NCBI GenBank assembly: GCA_965140445.1
Contig: OZ223236.1
Span: forward strand, 2,624,001 to 2,688,000
DNA from: Candidatus Ozemobacteraceae bacterium
GTDB taxonomy: Bacteria; Muiribacteriota; Ozemobacteria; Ozemobacterales; Ozemobacteraceae
Reading direction: 5' to 3'
DNA: 64,000 nt
This document shows, in pieces, positions 57,677 to 64,000 of this stretch. Each line of letters begins with the position of its first letter. Position 1 is the first letter of the stretch. The notes beneath the pieces were generated by a model. It did not search any database. It saw only the letters and a list, made by a program, of their open reading frames with translations, and was not told the DNA's origin. The translations under genes and the position numbers were made by a program.

Positions 57677-60142
57677 CTATACGAGTGATTGTGGTATGAT
57701 AGAGTCTTGCTTTTCCTTTTGTTTGAGAGCTTCATTGATTGAGTTAAGTAGCTTTACTACTTCTATTGGCTTTTGTAGGAATGCTACGATTCCAAGCTCT
57801 TCGAATTTTTCTTTTTTCAAAAGCTCATTGAAGCCAGAACAAATTATTATTGGAATTTCAGGTCGCAAATTCCTTATCTCTTTTGTAAGTTCTAAGCCAT
57901 TCAGGAAAGGCATTGTCATGTCTGATATTACCAAATCAAAGCTTTTTGGAGCTCTTTTAAATGATTCAAACGCTGTTTTGGGGTTTGAAAAACCAAAAAC
58001 CTCGTATCCATTTTTTATGAGTATTGAAGAGAGGATTTCTACTATTTGCTTTTCGTCATCTATTATCAGTATTTTTTCGCGATTTCCTTTATTTAGAGAA
58101 GTTATTTCATAGCTATCTTCTATGGCTTCTCCTCCGTTAGCTATAGGTAGGAATACGTGAAAAGTTGTTCCTTTATCAGGTATGGAATAAACTTTTATGA
58201 ATCCATTATGGTCGCTAATTATTCCGTGTACCACAGCTAATCCTAGTCCTGTGCCTTTTCCCAGTTCTTTGGTGGTGAAATATGGCTCAAAAATCTTATT
58301 GATGGTTTCTGGTTCTATTCCTGTACCAGTGTCACTAACCTCAATCTGAATATATTTTCCAGCAGAGATTCGTAAATTGGGGGCAAGAAGGTCTAATTCT
58401 TCTTTTGTTAAAGACACGTCTTTCAGAGAGACTCCAAGAATTCCTGAAGACTTTTCCATACTATGATAAGCATTGGTACATAGATTCATTAGAATTTGAT
58501 GAATCTGAGTTGGGTCTGCATAGACTAAGCTGTTAGATACAACTGACTGCTTTATTTCAATAGTAGATGGAATTGTTGAACGAATCATTTGCATTACTTC
58601 TTTTGCAATAATCGATATTCGAAGTGTTTGTTTTTGAGATTTTCCTTTTCTACTGAAGGTTAAAATGTGTCTGACAAGATCCCTGGCCCTTTTGGCAGCA
58701 CTTAAAATCTCATCAAGGTTCTTATTAATTTCTTCAGGATCATCAAGATTAAATTTTGCAAGTTCAATATAGCCAAAGATTACCGAAAGGATGTTGTTAA
58801 AGTCATGGGCAACTCCACCAGCAAGTGTTCCCATTGCCTCCAGTTTCTGGTTTTGGAAAAGCTCTTTCTCAAGCTGTTTTTGTCGAGTAATATCTATTCC
58901 AATGGTTAGAAGCTCTTTAAATTTTCCTTCCTCATCAAACATTGCTTTATTGCTCCATTGAACATATAAAGTGGTTCCATCCTTGCAGATATTTTCATTT
59001 TCATAAATGGGGAAATTATCTGGATTTTCAAGAATTTTACTGATTTGTTTTTCAAGATCGTAACCACTTCTGTCTTTTGCTGGAACAATTGTGTTTATGA
59101 CATTCTTTCCCACCAATTCATCTTTTGTATAGCCAAAAAATTTTAAGCCAAACTTGTTCATGTAGAGGATTTTTCCGGCCTTATTTACCGTTAGTATTAT
59201 TGTATTTGCGCTTTCAACCAATTCTCTATATTGGTTTTCTTTTTGTCTTAATTCTTTAGTTTGTTTTTGAACGATTTGCTTCAAAAACCAATTCGAGATC
59301 AGAAAAAAAACGACAAGAAAGATAAAAATAACTGAGGTAAGCCAAACCCAGGAAGGGGTTATTTTTTCAAATCTAATCCCTTGAAGCCAGAACCTTGTTT
59401 TTTGATGCAAAAAAGAGTTTTCGCTTTTGCCCCAATTTTTAATTTTTTCATTAATAAAATCTAGAAGATTTTCATTTTTGCCGCGCTTGGTGGCAAAAAA
59501 TAAAGGTTCTGGTAAAAATTGGATAAAGCTTGGGATCAGGTTGTATTTTGAGGCGTTATTTAAGCCGAATAGTTGTGGAGAAACACCTGCCATTATTTCA
59601 CCGTTTTTTATAGCATCAAAAATGTCTGTTTGCTTGGAAAAATAAATAAGGTCACATTTTACGCCTACTGCATTTATCGTTTTGATAAAATTATATCCAC
59701 AAACGTCTCTGGATAAAATTCCGACTTTTTTTCCCTCAAGATCTTTGATGCTGTGGACATGGCTATCTTGCTTTATAAAAACTTGTCCCCATATTTCTGC
59801 AACGGGGTGCTGGCTATATTTCAAATGTTGCATTCGTTCTGGAGTCTTGGCTATTGATGAAATCAAGTCTATTTCACCTTTTTCCAATCTCTCAAGGCAT
59901 TGGGCCCAAGTGCCATAGACAAATTCTAACTTATACTCGCTGTTTTTAAAGATTTCTCTTAAAACATCTGGAAATAAGCCTTCTGCCTGACCGTCTTTAT
60001 TTACAAAATTCAATGGGTAAAGGGGGAAAACACCAGCTTTAATTATTTTTACGCTTTTTTCCTGGGCCTTAACTGAACTAATTTGAGAGAAAGGCGAAAT
60101 AAGAAAAATTGCTAAAATTAGTAATAAAAAGAATTTCCTCAC
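57677..60142 (-). CDS. Hybrid sensor kinase (periplasmic solute-binding domain, TM, PAS, HisKA, HATPase, REC)
   Basis: Family-3 SBP-like N-terminus; QKLEAMGTLAGGVAHDFNN; DTGTGI; GTGLGL; SDMTMP..NG. Confidence 0.93.
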   Translation of the reverse strand: MRKFFLLLILAIFLISPFSQISSVKAQEKSVKIIKAGVFPLYPLNFVNKDGQAEGLFPDVLREIFKNSEYKLEFVYGTWAQCLERLEKGEIDLISSIAKTPERMQHLKYSQHPVAEIWGQVFIKQDSHVHSIKDLEGKKVGILSRDVCGYNFIKTINAVGVKCDLIYFSKQTDIFDAIKNGEIMAGVSPQLFGLNNASKYNLIPSFIQFLPEPLFFATKRGKNENLLDFINEKIKNWGKSENSFLHQKTRFWLQGIRFEKITPSWVWLTSVIFIFLVVFFLISNWFLKQIVQKQTKELRQKENQYRELVESANTIILTVNKAGKILYMNKFGLKFFGYTKDELVGKNVINTIVPAKDRSGYDLEKQISKILENPDNFPIYENENICKDGTTLYVQWSNKAMFDEEGKFKELLTIGIDITRQKQLEKELFQNQKLEAMGTLAGGVAHDFNNILSVIFGYIELAKFNLDDPEEINKNLDEILSAAKRARDLVRHILTFSRKGKSQKQTLRISIIAKEVMQMIRSTIPSTIEIKQSVVSNSLVYADPTQIHQILMNLCTNAYHSMEKSSGILGVSLKDVSLTKEELDLLAPNLRISAGKYIQIEVSDTGTGIEPETINKIFEPYFTTKELGKGTGLGLAVVHGIISDHNGFIKVYSIPDKGTTFHVFLPIANGGEAIEDSYEITSLNKGNREKILIIDDEKQIVEILSSILIKNGYEVFGFSNPKTAFESFKRAPKSFDLVISDMTMPFLNGLELTKEIRNLRPEIPIIICSGFNELLKKEKFEELGIVAFLQKPIEVVKLLNSINEALKQKEKQDSIIPQSLV

Positions 60143-60299
60143 AAAATGCCTCTTGTTAAACTCTATAATTTTTTTCAGATATTTGCCTGCTAATACTATA
60201 AATTTAAAATGTTTTAGCCTTTATACCTACTCATTTAAACCTATCAATTAACTTAATTTATGTCAATTGTACACAGTTGTTTATAGATAGTTAAAGGCT

Positions 60300-60851
60300 T
60301 TATGGATTAGGTTTTATAAGGAATTGCTTCAATTGAGATAACTCAAATTGGTTTGCCCCATGAAGCTTTTCCAATCGAATTTCTTCTTCGAGAAGTAATT
60401 TGTGGGTTTCGTATGCCGATGAGGCTAGATTTTCAAGTTTCTCTGGTTTACGGTTAATAGTGTATTCAATTCCTTCACAGGAAATTTGCCATTTTTTTAT
60501 GACCAGTTTGTGAAACTTTACTAATTCTTTTGGTGGATTTGTATTTTCCAATTTTGAAATGAGGATTTTCAGTTGGTTTTTGTCTTCTGAAATTGATTTA
60601 AGAAGTTTACTTTTGTTTATTTGATTTGAATCATCAGCCAGGAGCAACTTAAACTTTTGGCCTGTTGAATTTGTTATTGTTTGGAATTGATCAACAGTCT
60701 CATTTATTTCATTTAAATAATGCGTTTTTATCTCTTTCCAATTTTGGTAATTTTTTTGTGAAGCCTTGTTAGATTTATTTAGTAAGAAACCTATTGCAAG
60801 CAAGCAGAGCGAAAAAATGGTTAGAGCAATGATGAAATGTTTTAATTTCAT
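60300..60851 (-). CDS. Membrane-anchored helical hypothetical protein
   Basis: N-terminal TM helix; start overlaps the stop of the upstream gene. Confidence 0.65.
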   Translation of the reverse strand: MKLKHFIIALTIFSLCLLAIGFLLNKSNKASQKNYQNWKEIKTHYLNEINETVDQFQTITNSTGQKFKLLLADDSNQINKSKLLKSISEDKNQLKILISKLENTNPPKELVKFHKLVIKKWQISCEGIEYTINRKPEKLENLASSAYETHKLLLEEEIRLEKLHGANQFELSQLKQFLIKPNP

Positions 60852-61699
60852 TAAAAGTAAAAATCCACTCTTTGACCAGACAAGAGCCCGGCATTGCTTT
60901 CAATTAGCTGATAAATGTTTATGGCTTGCTTAAACATGCTATCTGCAGGGAAATCATTTGGAGCAGGCGAAGTTTCTGCCAGCTTTTCCATGTTGGTTGG
61001 CTCAACCGGCCTGATTTCAATTGGAGAAACCTTAGAAATGGGCTCTGCACCATAATTTTCAGTGTCAATTGGTGCCGCGGCTGATGGGGGAGGGGCCTTT
61101 GGGACTATGTTTTGTTCGCCAGGTAGAAAGGTTTGTAGCTCATTGTTAATGGTCTGGTTGTATCCATTAGTCTGGAGGAATGAGCGTTGGTCAGGTCTAT
61201 AGGCAAGGTTTCGGTCCAGAAAATTATCCTGGGTCAAAAATGGTTCTAACTGAGCAATTTGTCCCGGTCTGTTTTGAGGGTCCGGTTCATCTGGCACTTT
61301 AGGGGCAGCTAAAGGCTCTGATAGCTGTTTTGGCGGAGTTAGAATCTGATTCTTACGATTTTCTATCGTAAGGGTTTGTGGGGATTTTGAAACGGCGTAG
61401 TGTTTTGAAACCTGGTTTAGTGGCTCATTTGCTATTGGGGAAAAGTTTGAATCCTCACCCTCTGGGATTCGCATTAATCTGGGAGAAAGGGGTTGAGGAC
61501 TGGATCTACTGACATCCTGAATCACATCTTGCGATCTCTCTGGAAGTATCTCTTTTAATCCTGTATCTGAATCTATACTTGTCATTTCCGGTTCAGAGAC
61601 AGGCGGAAGCTGGTGAACCTGACTTTTAACATTGGTCGGAACCTGGTTAAAGAGGTTTACCTGATAAGAATACCTTATTCCCTTTACTGAAATAGCCAT
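60851..61699 (-). CDS. Pro/Gln-rich, probably disordered hypothetical protein
   Basis: Long ORF; start taken at the ATG 61699 (MAISVKG); ends GQRVDFYF. Confidence 0.6.
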   Translation of the reverse strand: MAISVKGIRYSYQVNLFNQVPTNVKSQVHQLPPVSEPEMTSIDSDTGLKEILPERSQDVIQDVSRSSPQPLSPRLMRIPEGEDSNFSPIANEPLNQVSKHYAVSKSPQTLTIENRKNQILTPPKQLSEPLAAPKVPDEPDPQNRPGQIAQLEPFLTQDNFLDRNLAYRPDQRSFLQTNGYNQTINNELQTFLPGEQNIVPKAPPPSAAAPIDTENYGAEPISKVSPIEIRPVEPTNMEKLAETSPAPNDFPADSMFKQAINIYQLIESNAGLLSGQRVDFYF

Positions 61700-61786
61700 A
61701 CCTATTATTATAATAACCCTGATAGGGGTTTTTATCAAATCTTAGACACCAAAACTCCTATTTTATCTGTAATTGTGGAGGGTTTT

Positions 61787-62257
61787 ATGAAAAAAGTTCT
61801 ATTTACTATAATTTTGATTACTTTTTTTTCTACGGGCATTTTAGGTGGAGAAGTTTTCAAGCTTAGCGCACAAGAATCCGGTGCAAACCCAACAGGCGCT
61901 ATAATTGTAGGGAAAATGCCTCGAAACTTGAGTTCTGGTTTTGTTAACTTAAAGAAAAAAGATTACAATGAGGCAATTAAGATCTGGGAAGATAAGGCTT
62001 CACATCCGAAAAAAGTCAGGGAATTAGGCAGTTACTTTAAAAGGCTGCCAAAAGAATTTGGCGATTTTAAATTTGTAGAAGTCGTAAGCACTGTTAAGCT
62101 AGGTGGGCAAACTGAAGTTGTTTATATGATTTTGAATTATGATTATGGAGCAGTTTTTGGGCGCGCCGTTGTCTTTAAATGGTTTAACATCTGTTCGCTG
62201 GTTTTTTCTAAAATGCCAGAAAAAGTATTTCCAGAGAGTATGCTTGTAGAGAAATAG
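61787..62257 (+). CDS. Secreted hypothetical protein
   Basis: GGAGG RBS before MKKVLFTII; signal peptide. Confidence 0.7.
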   Translation: MKKVLFTIILITFFSTGILGGEVFKLSAQESGANPTGAIIVGKMPRNLSSGFVNLKKKDYNEAIKIWEDKASHPKKVRELGSYFKRLPKEFGDFKFVEVVSTVKLGGQTEVVYMILNYDYGAVFGRAVVFKWFNICSLVFSKMPEKVFPESMLVEK

Positions 62258-62271
62258 AGAAAGGAATCTGA

Positions 62272-64000
62272 ATGTCAAAGCTAATGTATCCAAAAAGCAG
62301 GAAAAGTGAAGTAACAGAAAAAATCCATGAACAATTTATAAAAGATCAATATCGGTGGCTTGAAGGAGACGAAAACGGCTGTTTGACTGAAGAAGTTAGT
62401 TTATGGACTGACGAGCAGAATAATTTTTGCAAAAAAATACTGGAAAACTATCCAGAGAGAGAATCTTTGGAGAAAAGGTTTAAGCCACTTTTAGAAGTAG
62501 ATTCAATTGGTTGCCCGATTATTGGAGGGGATAGGCTATTTTATTCTCGTCGCAGAGGGAACGAAAAGCAGCCTTCTTATTATTATCGAAACAGTCTTTC
62601 GGGCGAGGAAATTCTCCTGCTGGACCCCAACGAAATGGACTCCTCAGGATTATTGGCAGTTCAATGGATTTGCCCATCAATGGATGGAAAGCTTTTAGCT
62701 TATGGTTATTATTTTGCGGGAGATGAGAATTCTACTTTGCAAATCATTGAAGTTGAAACGGGGAAAAAAATTGATCAACCAATCCCGGGAAAGGTTCATA
62801 GTCCATATTTCCTTCCAGACAATTCCGGTTTTGTGTATTCCAGACTCGAAGATATTGAAAACCCTTATTCAAGACAGGTTTGTTTTCATCGAATTGGAAC
62901 AGAAAATAGTACTGATATAGTAATATTTGAGCAGTATAAAACTGGTCCGCTGGCAACTACATGGGGCCCTTTTGGTCATTTAAGTGAGGATGGGAATTAC
63001 CTTTTTCTAGGTTATGCCACAGGAACACGCAGCAATGATTTGTGGGTTGTCGATTTTCAGGAATTTTTAAAAACTGAAAATCTGCAGATGGTAGAAATTG
63101 CCAAGGGAGAGGCTGGGGCTATCTATGCCGATATCCATGGTGATGACCTTTATATATACACAAATTCAGATGCCCCGAATGGTAGAATTTTTAAGACCAA
63201 CATTAAAGATGTGAGCAAAAAAGAATGGAATTTAATTGTTCCTGAAATAGCCGATGAGGTTATTGATGAGTGGGCAATTACTGCTATGGGATTGCTTCTA
63301 ACTTATCAGAAAAACGCTTCTACCCGTCTAGTTCAATTTGATTTTAACGGGAACAGAGTGGGGGACATTCCTTTGCCCGGCATTGGAAGTGTGTTCGCTA
63401 GCTGTAATCCAGGCAAAAAAGACTTTTTCTACGTTTTTTCTTCATTTAATAGTCCCACCAAAATTTTCCATTACGATCTTGAGCAAAAGCATGGCGAAGT
63501 TTGGGAAGAGATAAAAGTTCCAGTTGGTGTTTCTGAGATTGTCGTAAATCAAAAGTGGTTTACTTCAAAAGATGGAACAAAAGTGAGTATGTTTATTGTT
63601 CACAAAAGTGGATTAGAATTGAACAAAAACAATCCAACAATAGTGTACGGTTATGGCGGATTTGGAATCTCAATTACTCCCTCCTTTAATCCTATCATTT
63701 GCACATGGGTAGAGGATGGTGGTGTTTATGCTGTTGTAAATCTGCGGGGTGGCGGCGAGTATGGGCAGGATTGGCACAAGGCAGGAACCAGAGAAAATAA
63801 GGAACGGGTATTTGAAGATTTTGAGTCAGCTACAGAATACCTGATTTCTCAAGGTTATACCTGTAAGGAAAAAGTTGCCGCCATGGGAAGATCCAACGGT
63901 GGGCTTCTTGCTGGCGCAGTACTTACCAGACGACCTGATTTGTTCAAAGCAATTGTATGTGGAGTTCCTCTTCTGGACATGATTCGTTTTCAGTCATTTT
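62272..64000 (+). CDS. Prolyl oligopeptidase (S9A), truncated by the window end
   Basis: Manual translation: MSKLMYPKSRK...D.YRWLE, SKDGTKV, YGYGGFG, NLRGGGEYG, catalytic GRSNGGLL, GVPLLDMIRF. Confidence 0.93.
   Translation, partial: MSKLMYPKSRKSEVTEKIHEQFIKDQYRWLEGDENGCLTEEVSLWTDEQNNFCKKILENYPERESLEKRFKPLLEVDSIGCPIIGGDRLFYSRRRGNEKQPSYYYRNSLSGEEILLLDPNEMDSSGLLAVQWICPSMDGKLLAYGYYFAGDENSTLQIIEVETGKKIDQPIPGKVHSPYFLPDNSGFVYSRLEDIENPYSRQVCFHRIGTENSTDIVIFEQYKTGPLATTWGPFGHLSEDGNYLFLGYATGTRSNDLWVVDFQEFLKTENLQMVEIAKGEAGAIYADIHGDDLYIYTNSDAPNGRIFKTNIKDVSKKEWNLIVPEIADEVIDEWAITAMGLLLTYQKNASTRLVQFDFNGNRVGDIPLPGIGSVFASCNPGKKDFFYVFSSFNSPTKIFHYDLEQKHGEVWEEIKVPVGVSEIVVNQKWFTSKDGTKVSMFIVHKSGLELNKNNPTIVYGYGGFGISITPSFNPIICTWVEDGGVYAVVNLRGGGEYGQDWHKAGTRENKERVFEDFESATEYLISQGYTCKEKVAAMGRSNGGLLAGAVLTRRPDLFKAIVCGVPLLDMIRFQSF

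Noticed and set aside
62507..62956. Three short ORFs in the track
   Set aside because: They are alternative frames within the prolyl oligopeptidase gene that starts at 62272

Overview
AT-rich bacterial chromosomal window with about 55 protein-coding genes. I saw no rRNA, tRNA, CRISPR array or transposase/integrase. The dominant feature is a ~22 kb minus-strand lipid cluster (29455-51504) with gene order pfaD (enoyl reductase), Sfp-type PPTase, pfaA (KS-MAT-6xACP-KR-DH), fused pfaBC (KS-CLF-AT-FabA-type DH domains), oleA, oleB, oleC, oleD. This is a complete iterative PUFA synthase physically coupled to a complete head-to-head olefin pathway, with no thioesterase or lipid acyltransferase in the cluster. 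The rest is housekeeping genes (glnS, an unusually long glmS, a frameshifted speA, map, ispH), a block of partly degenerate two-component proteins, a thiF/thiS pair split by an inserted FGE-sulfatase gene with decayed flanking duplications, an orphan Doc-type toxin operon and many secreted hypotheticals. One hypothetical has pilin-like domains that resemble, from memory only, proteins of Candidatus Riflebacteria; the taxonomy is unverified. All calls come from reading motifs by eye; no database search was run.
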